A DNA stretch of 64,000 bases from Sedimentisphaerales bacterium (GTDB lineage: Bacteria; Planctomycetota; Phycisphaerae; Sedimentisphaerales; SM23-30): assembly GCA_963663805.2 (NCBI GenBank), contig CAXXMR010000020.1, positions 242,025-306,024 on the forward strand, read 5' to 3'. The position numbers were made by a program, and so were the translations under genes. The notes beneath the pieces are model-generated. The model searched no databases, was not told the DNA's origin, and was given only the letters and a program-made list of their open reading frames with translations. Shown here one piece after another: positions 50,214-59,817 of this stretch (the first letter of the stretch is position 1; every line of letters begins with the position of its first letter).

Positions 50214-50851
50214 ATATAATTAAATTTCGAGGTTTTACGCTCGTCGAATTGCTGGTAGTAGTAGCGATAATAGCTTTGCTCGTATCGATACTGCTGCCGG
50301 CAATCGGCAAAGCGCGTATGAGCGCGAAGGTGGTGGCGGTCAATGCTGAGCTTAACCAGTTAGGGCTGGTTTTGCAGATGTACACCGACGACAACCATGA
50401 CCGCCATCCGCCGACCCGCAAGGATTGCAGTTTGGGCTGGCAGGACCATCAATTACCGCCCGAACTGGTCGAAGGCGGTTATCTGCCGCCGCCCAAACCT
50501 GGTAATAATATGTCAGCCGGTATTGAGGACCGGTTCAACAAGGATAACACCTACAAGTATGCTTGCGTGGGCGAGCTGTATCAGAATAACCAGTTTATGG
50601 GACGTAAGGAAGCGAGTCTTTTTGTGCCTAGTGGCTATCCCAGCCAAGCGGGGCTTGAGGGCAAGTGGGTGAACGACCCGGACCGTTCGCCGGTACGATG
50701 GGTGCTGTACAGCTATGGGCCGAAATTCGATACAAAAGAACTGAACCTGAATTATCCGCTGGTGTCCAATTACTGGTACGACCCTGCCAAGGGTAAAGGA
50801 ATTTTAACGCGTATCTGCCTCAAAAACGGCACATTTACGGGTTCTTTCTGA
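50204..50851 (+). CDS. prepilin-type N-terminal cleavage/methylation domain protein
   Basis: [25 protein letters not shown]; start overlaps upstream stop. Confidence 0.9.
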   Translation: MRLNIIKFRGFTLVELLVVVAIIALLVSILLPAIGKARMSAKVVAVNAELNQLGLVLQMYTDDNHDRHPPTRKDCSLGWQDHQLPPELVEGGYLPPPKPGNNMSAGIEDRFNKDNTYKYACVGELYQNNQFMGRKEASLFVPSGYPSQAGLEGKWVNDPDRSPVRWVLYSYGPKFDTKELNLNYPLVSNYWYDPAKGKGILTRICLKNGTFTGSF

Positions 50852-50959
50852 TTTTTTCAATAAAAATCCCAATTTCATTTGCCCCCGCCGCTTTTGAATC
50901 TTACCTTGTTATTAACTTCTTCACTCCTTCACTAAAGGGCTTGTCAGAGCCTGAAGATG

Positions 50960-50988
50960 AAAATCCTGCCTCAGAGGTGGGTTTTTTT
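50960..50988 (+). terminator. intrinsic terminator
   Basis: CCTGCCT-CAG-AGGTGGG stem followed by T7. Confidence 0.6.
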
Positions 50989-51146
50989 ATGCGCCAAAAT
51001 ATATGTGACCGATATAGCTGTAAAAATAAAAAAAATGTCAATTTTATTTGCCCCGGCCCCGTTTTAATCATGATGAAAAAATCAACAATTAATATAAGAA
51101 TAAATATAATAAAAAACAAGTTCTTTGTTTACAAGCACTTACAGAC

Positions 51147-51499
51147 TGGAGGCGGCGGGAATCGAACCCGCGTCCCGTGACGTTTCAAGTACAGCTTCTA
51201 CGTGCATAGTCGATTATTTAATTCTCGCCGACCAAGGCCCCAATCGACAGGGTCAGTAGTCAGCCAGTCCGAGAATTTTCTCACCCAAACCGTCCCAGAC
51301 AACCGGTTCAAGCCAGCCCACTGTCGTCGTTTGTATCCCTTAGCGGGCGTCAGGGTACAAACGGGAGCCTGTTATTAGGCTGCCATGCGCAACTGATTGT
51401 TGGCATTTAAGTTTTTTTGCCAGATGATTAACCAGGCCAACTGACATCCTGGACACGCGACTGGACCGTCAACTCGTCCGGTCGAAACCTTTCGCCCCC
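51147..51499 (-). ncRNA. ssrA: tmRNA; tag peptide ANNQLRMAA
   Basis: 5' GGGGGCGAAAGGTTTCGAC, 3' GGTTCGATTCCCGCCGCCTCCA, internal TTAAAT-GCC AAC AAT CAG TTG CGC ATG GCA GCC TAA TAA. Confidence 0.97.
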
Positions 51500-51617
51500 G
51501 TAACCCCGGAAAACGATTGTTCTCCCAACGGCTTAATTATACCATCCAGAGTCATCCGGGGCAACTATTTTGCCAAAGTACGCTAAAAGGACAGTATGGC
51601 GTATTAAAAAAGGATAT

Positions 51618-52379
51618 TCAGCTTTTTTGGGCCAGCACCAGCACTCGTATATGGCGGTTGTTCAGGGGTGTGCCTGCGGTGTCGCCGAACGTCTGTAAAA
51701 CTTCCATGCCGGAGCGTTCGAGGCAGGCGGTGAGTTCCCGACCGTAATAGTGACGCAGGGTGAAGCCGGTGCGGTGTCGCTGATTGTCTTGGGTGATGTA
51801 GAGTACGTGGTTATCGATGGTCTGCTCGAAGACATTATGAATCATTTCGTGGAGCATGACGGTGCCGTCGTCATATTCAAAAAATTCCTGTTTCTGCCAG
51901 CCGCTCATACGACCTTCAAGGCAGGGATAGTCCAGCAGGAATTTCCCCTTGGGCTTGAGGGCCTTAGAAGCCGCTCGAAGCACCATTTCGTTATCTTCAT
52001 CCTTCTCGAAATAGCCAAAAGCTGTATAAAAATTGAAAATTCCGTCAAATTCGTCCTCGAAAGGTATCTCACGCATATCACCACGCACGAAATTAACTTT
52101 CAGCCCTTCCTTGTCGGCCTGTTCTTGTGAAGCCGCCAGCAGAGTTTCGCTGAGGTCGAACCCGGTAACATTATAGCCGCGACGAGCCAGCTCCAGAGAA
52201 TGCCGCCCCTGACCGCAGCATAAATCGAGTATCCTACTGTTGCACGTCAGGCCGAGATAGCGAATGATCGCGTCAACTTCGCGCTCGGTACGTTCCTGAG
52301 TGATAGGCCGCACCCAGTATTTTAGATACCATTCATCGAAAAAAATATTGTACCATTTCCGGTTATGAGTTTTTTGCAT
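51618..52379 (-). CDS. class I SAM-dependent methyltransferase
   Basis: LDLCCGQGRHS, GDMRE, FYTAFGYF. Confidence 0.92.
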   Translation of the reverse strand: MQKTHNRKWYNIFFDEWYLKYWVRPITQERTEREVDAIIRYLGLTCNSRILDLCCGQGRHSLELARRGYNVTGFDLSETLLAASQEQADKEGLKVNFVRGDMREIPFEDEFDGIFNFYTAFGYFEKDEDNEMVLRAASKALKPKGKFLLDYPCLEGRMSGWQKQEFFEYDDGTVMLHEMIHNVFEQTIDNHVLYITQDNQRHRTGFTLRHYYGRELTACLERSGMEVLQTFGDTAGTPLNNRHIRVLVLAQKS

Positions 52380-52496
52380 ATCGCCAACCTTTCCAATTTT
52401 ATTGTAGCCGCTATCGGAGGGGGCGGCAAGTGCTGGGCAAAGGCCAACTAACGCGGAAGTTCACCATGATAGTCTTGCCAGAATTTTATTTGGGAA

Positions 52497-53612
52497 TTAT
52501 GTGATTATTTCGTTGATTGGTGTGTGTGGTATTGCGAGGTTTTGGGCAACGCTGGGGTAGGTGCATTTACCTTTGTAGATATTTAGGCCGTGGGCGATTG
52601 GTTCAGATTGTCGGCAGGCTTGTTCGAGTCCTTTATCGGCGATTGCCAGGCCGTAGCGGAGGGTGGTGCTGGTCAGGGCGATGGTGGAGGTCAGGGCAAC
52701 GGCGCCGGGCATGTTGGCAACGCAATAGTGGACGATTTCGTCAATCATGAAAATTGGGTCGTCGTGGGTGGTGGGTTTGGTGGTCTCGAAACAGCCGCCC
52801 TGGTCTACGGCGACATCGACTAGTACGGCACCTGGTTTCATGGTTTTAAGTTGGTCGCGGCGGATAAGTCTGGGGGCTTTGGCACCGGTTATTAGTACGG
52901 CACCGATGACCATGTCGGCATCGCTGATGGCTGATTCTATGTTGGCGGCGGTGCTGTATAAGGTGTTGATGCGAGAGCCGAAGATGTCGTCGAAGTATTC
53001 CAGGCGGGCGGGGCTGATGTCCAGTACGGTTACGTTGGCACCGATTCCGACAGCGATTTTGCAGGCGTTGATTCCGACTACTCCTCCGCCGATGATAACG
53101 ACGTTGCCGCGTGGTACGCCGGGCACGCCGCCGAGCAAAACGCCGCGTCCGCCGAACGGTTTTTCGAGGTATTTGGCGCCTTCCTGTACGGAGAGTCGGC
53201 CTGCTATCTCGCTCATTGGTTTGAGGCAGGGCAGTGAGCCGTCGGGCAGCTGGATGGTTTCATAGGCTACGGCTTTGATGTTTTTACGCATGAGAGCCTG
53301 AGCCTGGGCGGGGTCGGCGGCGAGGTGGAGGTAAGTATAGAGAATCTGGTCTTCGTGGAAGAGGTCGTATTCTTCGGCCTGGGGCTCTTTGACTTTGATA
53401 ATCATCTCGCAATCGTCAAAGACCTGTTTGCGGTCGCTGATTATTTCGGCACCGGCGGCGATATACTCGGCGTCTTTGAAGCCCGCTTCCTGGCCGGCGT
53501 TCTGCTCGACTAATACCTGATGGCCTTTGGCGGTATAGGCTTTAGCACATGAGGGGGTTAGGCCGACACGGTATTCATGCTTTTTGATTTCTTTGACAGT
53601 TCCGATTCTCAT
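52497..53612 (-). CDS. ald: alanine dehydrogenase
   Basis: KEIK..E.RV, KVKEP, YLHLA, VAVDQGGC, CVANMPGAV. Confidence 0.97.
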   Translation of the reverse strand: MRIGTVKEIKKHEYRVGLTPSCAKAYTAKGHQVLVEQNAGQEAGFKDAEYIAAGAEIISDRKQVFDDCEMIIKVKEPQAEEYDLFHEDQILYTYLHLAADPAQAQALMRKNIKAVAYETIQLPDGSLPCLKPMSEIAGRLSVQEGAKYLEKPFGGRGVLLGGVPGVPRGNVVIIGGGVVGINACKIAVGIGANVTVLDISPARLEYFDDIFGSRINTLYSTAANIESAISDADMVIGAVLITGAKAPRLIRRDQLKTMKPGAVLVDVAVDQGGCFETTKPTTHDDPIFMIDEIVHYCVANMPGAVALTSTIALTSTTLRYGLAIADKGLEQACRQSEPIAHGLNIYKGKCTYPSVAQNLAIPHTPINEIIT

Positions 53613-53627
53613 GATATGCCTCCATGG

Positions 53628-53680
53628 CCAGATAAACTGAAAGTTCTAAGCTCTAAATCTAAAATTCTAAACAATACTGG
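53628..53680 (+). repeat. dispersed intergenic repeat, copy 4 (partial)
   Basis: CCAGATAAACTGAAAG then AAGTTCT/AAGCTCT/AAATCTA/AAATTCT/AAACAAT heptamers. Confidence 0.75.
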
Positions 53681-53724
53681 AGTTAAGCAGTGGCGTTAGT
53701 GGCCCGAGGTCTCTTGAGGGTATA

Positions 53725-55005
53725 TCAAGCTGTTATTTTCTTCAAGGATTTTCTGGCGGCGTTGATAGTTTTTTCAACGTTCGTTTGGCTGTGGGCGGCG
53801 GAGATGAAATTCGCCTCGAACTGGGAAGGAGGCAGGTAAACGCCCTGTTCGAGCATGGCGTGGAAGTACCGGGCGAAGGCCTGGGTGTCGCAGCTTTTGG
53901 CGTCCTGATAGTTCCAGACGGGTTTGTCGGTGAAGAAAAGGCAGCCCATACTGCCGATACGCTGATATTGCCAAGGCAGGGACAGTTCATTGAGGATTTG
54001 TTTTATTCCGGTTTCGAGCTGGGCGGCGCGGTCTTCGATGGTTTGGTAGAGTTCATCTGTGAGCAGGTTCAGGGTTGTCAGGCCCGCGGCTACGGCCAGG
54101 GGGTTTCCTGATAATGTGCCGGCTTGATAGACCGGACCGGCGGGTGCAGTCATTTCCATGATGTCTTTTCGACCGCCGAAGGCTCCGATGGGCAGGCCGC
54201 CGCCGATGATTTTGCCGAGAGTTGTCAGGTCGGGGGTGATGTTGTAAAGCTGCTGGGCGCCGCTGGGGGCGAGTCGAAATCCGGTCATTACTTCGTCGAA
54301 GATTAAGAGTATGCCGGCGTTTTGGGTTATTTTACGCAGTTGTTCGAGATAGCCGGGCCGGGGCGGGATAAGGCCAGCGTTGCCGACGACGGGTTCGAGA
54401 ATGAGAGCGGCGATCTGGTCGGGGTATTGTTCGACAAGTGCTTTGACTGATTCGATGTCGTTGATTTCGGCTATCAGAGTGTCGGCGGCGTTGGCGTCGG
54501 TTACACCGGGGCTGGTGGGTATACCCAGTGTGGTCGCCCCTGAGCCTGCCTGTACGAGAAAGCTGTCGGCGTGGCCGTGATAGCAGCCGGCGAGCTTGAT
54601 GATTTTGTCACGCCGGGTGAAGGCGCGGGCCAGACGCAGGGCACTGAGGGTTGCTTCGGTGCCGGAATTGACCAGGCGGACCATTTCGATGCTGGGGACC
54701 ATGTCGATGACCTTTTGGGCCATTTCTATTTCGGCGGCGGTGGCGGTTCCGAAGCTGGTGCCTTTGCGGGCAGCTTTGATTATCGCTTCGATAACCGGTT
54801 CGGGGGCGTGGCCGAGAATGCAGGGGCCCCAGGAGCCGACATAGTCGATATATTGTTTGCCGGTGATGTCAGTCAGGTACGCGCCGCGGGCGGAATCCAT
54901 AAAGACCGGGTCGCCGCCTACCGAAGTGAATGCTCTGACGGGTGAATTTACGCCGCCGGGGATGATTTTTCGGGCCTGACTAATCAGCTCTGAATGTTTG
55001 GTCAT
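53725..55005 (-). CDS. hemL: glutamate-1-semialdehyde 2,1-aminomutase
   Basis: PGGVNSPVRAF, NSGTEA, FDEVMTGFR, GKIIGGG, YQAGTLSGNP. Confidence 0.97.
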   Translation of the reverse strand: MTKHSELISQARKIIPGGVNSPVRAFTSVGGDPVFMDSARGAYLTDITGKQYIDYVGSWGPCILGHAPEPVIEAIIKAARKGTSFGTATAAEIEMAQKVIDMVPSIEMVRLVNSGTEATLSALRLARAFTRRDKIIKLAGCYHGHADSFLVQAGSGATTLGIPTSPGVTDANAADTLIAEINDIESVKALVEQYPDQIAALILEPVVGNAGLIPPRPGYLEQLRKITQNAGILLIFDEVMTGFRLAPSGAQQLYNITPDLTTLGKIIGGGLPIGAFGGRKDIMEMTAPAGPVYQAGTLSGNPLAVAAGLTTLNLLTDELYQTIEDRAAQLETGIKQILNELSLPWQYQRIGSMGCLFFTDKPVWNYQDAKSCDTQAFARYFHAMLEQGVYLPPSQFEANFISAAHSQTNVEKTINAARKSLKKITA

Positions 55006-55023
55006 GATTGGTTCCGTGTTGAG

Positions 55024-55995
55024 CTAGGCGAAATATTTGACGTTTGTTTTTTTGTATTCCGCGGTTGTTACTAACATATCATGGCGGCAGGGGTGGATTT
55101 GGGCAACCATTTTGTCGCGAACGGCGTTGAGTGCGTCGGCGGTGCGGCAATGGGTCATGGCGAATATATTATAGGGCCAGTCGGCAACGGCGCGGCGGTG
55201 GTAGCAGTGGCTTACTTCGTGGAATTTCGCTAGGGTTTCGCCGGCCTGGTCGAGTCGGTCGGATTCGATCTCGAAAACTATCATGCCGTTGGCGGTGAAG
55301 CCTGCTTCGTGATGTTTGATACTTGCTCCGAAACGCCTGATAAGGCCGCCCTGTTTCCAGTTGAGGATTTGTGCGATGACTTTTTTTTCGGGCCAGCCGA
55401 TTTTTTTGCCGATTTGCTCATAGGGGCGATTGGTTAAGGGCAGGTCTTCCTGTAACTGCTTAACGAGTTCTTTTTGTTGGTTGTTCAGTTCTGCCTGCGG
55501 GATATTCGCGGGTGTTGAGATGTTTTTACGAGGGGCAGGGGCATTTTGGCCAAACTGAAAGTCAACTCTGATTTTATAGAGTTTCAGGGCGGGCAGGGAA
55601 TGTATGGCGGGTAGCTGGTATTTATTTTTTAGTTCTGTGATGATTTTTTCGGTATGGTTGGCATGGGGAACGGTGAGGGTGAACCAGATATTATATAGAT
55701 GGTCACGGCCGTAATTGTGGGAGACGCCGGACAGTTGATTTACGGTGGTGACGAATTGCTCGATTTTATCGTGAGGGACTTGTGAGGCTATCAGGGTGCT
55801 GGAATAGCCCAGACGGGCGGCATCGAAGATGGCACCCATTCGGCGGATGATGTTCACGTTTTTGAGCGACTGGATTTCAGCGGTGATTTCTGATTCGCTG
55901 ATGTGGAGCTGTTGGGCGATAACGGCCCAGGGATATTCCGTAATTGGCAAATCGGTCTGGATGATGTTCAGTATTTTTTCTTGCAGTTGGTTCAT
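55024..55995 (-). CDS. ahbAB: siroheme decarboxylase, fused AhbA-AhbB (NirDL/GH-like)
   Basis: Two Lrp-like halves with VSHNY.R..YNIWFT and VSHCY.R..WPYN.FAM.H. Confidence 0.88.
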   Translation of the reverse strand: MNQLQEKILNIIQTDLPITEYPWAVIAQQLHISESEITAEIQSLKNVNIIRRMGAIFDAARLGYSSTLIASQVPHDKIEQFVTTVNQLSGVSHNYGRDHLYNIWFTLTVPHANHTEKIITELKNKYQLPAIHSLPALKLYKIRVDFQFGQNAPAPRKNISTPANIPQAELNNQQKELVKQLQEDLPLTNRPYEQIGKKIGWPEKKVIAQILNWKQGGLIRRFGASIKHHEAGFTANGMIVFEIESDRLDQAGETLAKFHEVSHCYHRRAVADWPYNIFAMTHCRTADALNAVRDKMVAQIHPCRHDMLVTTAEYKKTNVKYFA

Positions 55996-57055
55996 TTTGC
56001 TAATTTGGGTTCATAGACGCAATATGGCTCGCTGCCGAAGGGATTGCCCTGTATCGCTGCGGTACGGGCTCGGCAGCCGCCGCAGACGTTATGATATTCG
56101 CATCGGCCGCACTTGCCGTCGTAACTATCGACGTCTCTGATTTGTTGGAGGAATTCAGAGTTTTCCCAGATGTCTTTGAAGTTGAAATCATTGGCGGTAA
56201 CATCGCCGGCGGCGGTTTCGAGGAATCCGCAAATCTGCACTTTGCCAATGTGGGAAACGAAGGCGAAGCTTTTGCCGCCCATGCAGCCGCTGATATTTTG
56301 ATGTGGGTGTCCCTTGGGGGGGCTGTTGTCGATGGTTTTGCTTTGGCGGATGATGCGTTGGTAGTGGGGGGCGCAGGTGACGCGGAGCTGCATTTTAGTT
56401 TGGCCGCGTTGGTTGCTGAGCCATTGCAGGACGTTTTCATATTCTTCCGGCGAGATTTCCTGGTCGGCAAGTTCTTGGCCGCGTCCGGTGGGCACGAGCA
56501 GGAACGGGTTGAAGGTAATCGCGCCGAGCTGTTCAGCCAGGGCCATCATTCGGGGCAGTTCGTCGAGGTTGTGTTTGGTGATGGTGGTGTTAATCTGGAA
56601 CGGCAAATTATTTTCGCGGGCGATTCGACAGGCTTGCAGGGCGATATCGAAAGCGCCTTCAACCTGGCGAAAGCCGTCGTGTGATTTCGCGTCGGCACCG
56701 TCAAGTGATATACTGATGGCCTGAATACCGGCATTCTTGATTTGCCGGACGGATGTTTCGTCGATTAACATGCCGCAGGGGGCCATTACCATTCTCAAAC
56801 CAAGTTCGTGACCGTGACGGGCGATTTGGTAGATGTCCGGGCGGAGCATGGGTTCGCCGCCGGTGAGGATGATTATGGGTTGGAAAAACGACGCTATATT
56901 GTCCAGCAGGCGGAAGCATTGTTCGGTGGTTAGTTCGTTTTGATATTTTTTATTTTTGGCGGCGGCCCGGCAATGTTTGCAGTTGAGGTTACAGGTACGG
57001 GTCACTTCCCAGGCGATGAGCAGGGGGTATAATTATTTGTAGTGGACTGATACAA
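55992..57055 (-). CDS. ahbD: heme b synthase AhbD (radical SAM/SPASM); 5' frameshift at G5 57023-57027
   Basis: WEVTRTCNLNCKHCRA, TGGEP, TCAPHY, CGGCRAR; TTG 57055 with GGAG joins the frame if one C is added. Confidence 0.85.
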
Positions 57056-57068
57056 AACTCGCTCCGTT

Positions 57069-58259
57069 TCAGGTTTTGAGGCCGATTTCGGTGTCGGTCA
57101 GATAGCAGGCCGGGTCAGGGTTCCATAAGTCGTCGGTAGCGGCTTCGGCTCGGACGCGAAAATTGCCGTTGCATACATCGAGGAATTTGCATTGGGCACA
57201 GCGGCCTTTGATATGTGGTTTGCGGTCTTTAAGTTTAGCCATTAGCTCGTCGGCAGTGTCGGTCCAGATTCGCGAAAACGGACGCTGCTTGACATTGCCG
57301 AAGGTGTAATGCCGCCAGAACTGGTCGGGGTGGACCTGTCCGTCCCAGCTTACGCAGCCGATGCCTATACCGGTACTGTTGCCGCCGTTCATTTTCAGCA
57401 GTTCCATTACTTCCGCGGCGCGTTCGGTTTGACCCTCACGCAGCAGACGCAGGTAAAGGTAAGGACCATCGGTGTGATTATCGACGGTGAGGACTTCTTT
57501 AGGCATGTTTTGGCGGTGAAGTTGGGCGGTGTGGTCGATGATTAAATCCACTGTGCGGCGAGTCTGTTCGCGTTCGAGGTCGTCCTGCATGATATTGGAG
57601 CCCCGTCCGGCATAGACCAGATGATAAAAGCATACCCGCGGGATGTCTTCTTCGACGAGCAGGTCGAAAATCTGAGGGATATCGGCAACATTGCGTTTAT
57701 TGATGGTGAATCGCAGGCCAACTTTTACGCCGGCCTGCCGACAGTGACGGATGGCTTGGACGGCTGCCTTATAAGCACCTTTTCTGCCGCGGAATTTATC
57801 GTTGGTTTTACGTATTCCGTCGAGACTTACTCCGACATAGCTCAGGCCCAGTTGGGCAAATCGCTCAGCGGCGGACTGGTCGATTAAGGTGCCGTTGGTG
57901 CTGATGACGGCCCTCATTTTGAGACTGGTAGCGCGTATTATCAACTGGAACAGGTCATGACGCAAAAGCGGTTCACCACCGCTGAAAAGTACCACCGGAG
58001 CGCCAAACTCAGCGAGGTCTTCGAGCAGGGCGTAACCTTCGTCGGTGCTGAGTTCGTCGGGATAGTCGCGGTCGGCGCTTTGGGAATAGCAATGCACGCA
58101 GGAAAGGTTGCAGCGTCGGGTGGTGTTCCAGACGACGATGGGCTTTTTATCGTGGGAGAACTGGAGGAGGTGGCTGGGCAGGTCTTTGGCTTTGCGGCCG
58201 TAACGCAAGGGGTCCGATGCCTCAACTGAGCCGCAGTACAGCTTGGAAATGCCTATCAT
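57069..58259 (-). CDS. ahbC: 12,18-didecarboxysiroheme deacetylase AhbC (NirJ1-type radical SAM)
   Basis: MIGISKLYCG, WNTTRRCNLSCVHCY, TVDNH.DG, CNGNFRVRA, DPACYL. Confidence 0.9.
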   Translation of the reverse strand: MIGISKLYCGSVEASDPLRYGRKAKDLPSHLLQFSHDKKPIVVWNTTRRCNLSCVHCYSQSADRDYPDELSTDEGYALLEDLAEFGAPVVLFSGGEPLLRHDLFQLIIRATSLKMRAVISTNGTLIDQSAAERFAQLGLSYVGVSLDGIRKTNDKFRGRKGAYKAAVQAIRHCRQAGVKVGLRFTINKRNVADIPQIFDLLVEEDIPRVCFYHLVYAGRGSNIMQDDLEREQTRRTVDLIIDHTAQLHRQNMPKEVLTVDNHTDGPYLYLRLLREGQTERAAEVMELLKMNGGNSTGIGIGCVSWDGQVHPDQFWRHYTFGNVKQRPFSRIWTDTADELMAKLKDRKPHIKGRCAQCKFLDVCNGNFRVRAEAATDDLWNPDPACYLTDTEIGLKT

Positions 58260-59791
58260 GGGGTCTCCTCATTAGTGCAGATCGCTTCGATGAGTTTGTC
58301 GATGGTGAATTCTTCGGCTTCGATGTCAACTTTCAGACCAAGTGTGTGGGCGGTCGCCGAGGTAACCGGGCCGATACTGGCGATTTTAGTTTTTGTGCCC
58401 GATAGCAGTCTGATGTCAATCTGGTCCGCAAAGTTGGTTACTGTTGAACTGCTGGTGAAGGTAATATAGTCAATTTCGTCAGTTCGCAGAGCTTCGACTA
58501 TTTCGTCGCTAGGGGTATTGTCTGGTACGGTGCGATAAACGGATATGTCGTTTACTGCCGCGCCGAGGTTTTGTAACTGGTCGCGTAAATCGGTTCGAGC
58601 TATGTCGGCACGGGCCAGCAGAATTTTTTTGCCGGTCAGGTTGTCGACAGTCTTTAAGGATTCGACAATCGATTCAGCGATATATTGGGGCGGGACCAGG
58701 TCAGCCTTGATACCGTGTTCTGCCAGGCGGCCGGTGGTGGCTGGACCGATGGCGGCGACTTTCACGGTTGCTAAAGCGCGGGCATCGCGTCCCTTTTGCC
58801 CAAGAGCATTGAAAAAACTGTCTACGCCGTTGACGCTGGTGAAGATAAGCCAGTCATATTGAGCGAGTTTTTCGACCGCCTGATACAAAGGTTCCATCTC
58901 AGTTGGGGGTTCAATGCGGATGGTCGGAAATTCCAGCACATCGGCACCGAGTTGATGGAGTTGTTCCACTAAATCGCTGGCTTGAGCCCGGGCGCGGGTT
59001 ACCACGATCTTTTTGCCAAACAAGGGACGATTCTCGAACCATTTCAATTTGTCACGCAGGGAGACAACGTTGCCGACGATAATCAGGGCCGGCGGTTTGA
59101 TTTTCGCGTCTTTTGCCGCTTGGGGAAGCTGGGTGAGGTTTGCGGTTACGGTTTTTTGGGCGGGGGTGGTGCCCTGATGAATAATTGCTGAGGGGGTTTC
59201 AGGGGCCATGCCGTGGGCGATGAGTTTTTCGGTTATGAAGGGCAGGTTTTTGACACCCATATAAAAAGCCAGAGTGCCGCGCCATTTACCGAGACTGGGC
59301 CAGTCAATCTGTGAAGTTTCGGTACGCGACGCGTCTTCGTGACCGGTAATGAAGGCCAGGTCGCTGGCGAAATCGCGATGAGTCACCGGAATGCCCGCAT
59401 AAGCCGGGACTGCCACACCGGCTGTTACACCGGGCACGACCTCAAAACGAATACCGGCATCTGAAAGTGCCACCGCCTCCTCACCACCACGGCCAAAGAC
59501 ATAAGGGTCGCCGCCTTTGAGACGGACGACTATCGGAGCGTTTCGGGCCTTGTCAATCAGCAGTTGGTTGATTTGGTCTTGCGGCAGAGAGTGGCTGCCG
59601 ACTTTTTTGCCGACGTAAATTTTTTCAGCATCGGCCTGTGCGTAATTTAACAACTCCCTTGAGGCCAAGTTGTCGTAGATAATCACATCGGCACGGCCCA
59701 GCAGGTCGCGACCGCGAACGGTAATCAGGCCGACATCGCCGGGCCCGGCTCCAACCAGATAGACGCAATTTTTGTTTATCTTTTCAGGCAT
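58256..59791 (-). CDS. cobA: uroporphyrinogen-III C-methyltransferase / synthase fusion (CobA-HemD)
   Basis: VYLVGAGPGD, RLKGGDP..FGRGGEE; HemD part VVTRA, FTS.NGV, FTSSSTV. Confidence 0.95.
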   Translation of the reverse strand: MPEKINKNCVYLVGAGPGDVGLITVRGRDLLGRADVIIYDNLASRELLNYAQADAEKIYVGKKVGSHSLPQDQINQLLIDKARNAPIVVRLKGGDPYVFGRGGEEAVALSDAGIRFEVVPGVTAGVAVPAYAGIPVTHRDFASDLAFITGHEDASRTETSQIDWPSLGKWRGTLAFYMGVKNLPFITEKLIAHGMAPETPSAIIHQGTTPAQKTVTANLTQLPQAAKDAKIKPPALIIVGNVVSLRDKLKWFENRPLFGKKIVVTRARAQASDLVEQLHQLGADVLEFPTIRIEPPTEMEPLYQAVEKLAQYDWLIFTSVNGVDSFFNALGQKGRDARALATVKVAAIGPATTGRLAEHGIKADLVPPQYIAESIVESLKTVDNLTGKKILLARADIARTDLRDQLQNLGAAVNDISVYRTVPDNTPSDEIVEALRTDEIDYITFTSSSTVTNFADQIDIRLLSGTKTKIASIGPVTSATAHTLGLKVDIEAEEFTIDKLIEAICTNEETP

Positions 59792-59817
59792 TAATTTTTC
59801 CCAGTGCTTATCTCATG

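Noticed and set aside
50925..50990. Riboswitch or hammerhead ribozyme (CTGAAGATGAAA)
   Set aside because: Required conserved cores and stems not found; a simple terminator explains the structure
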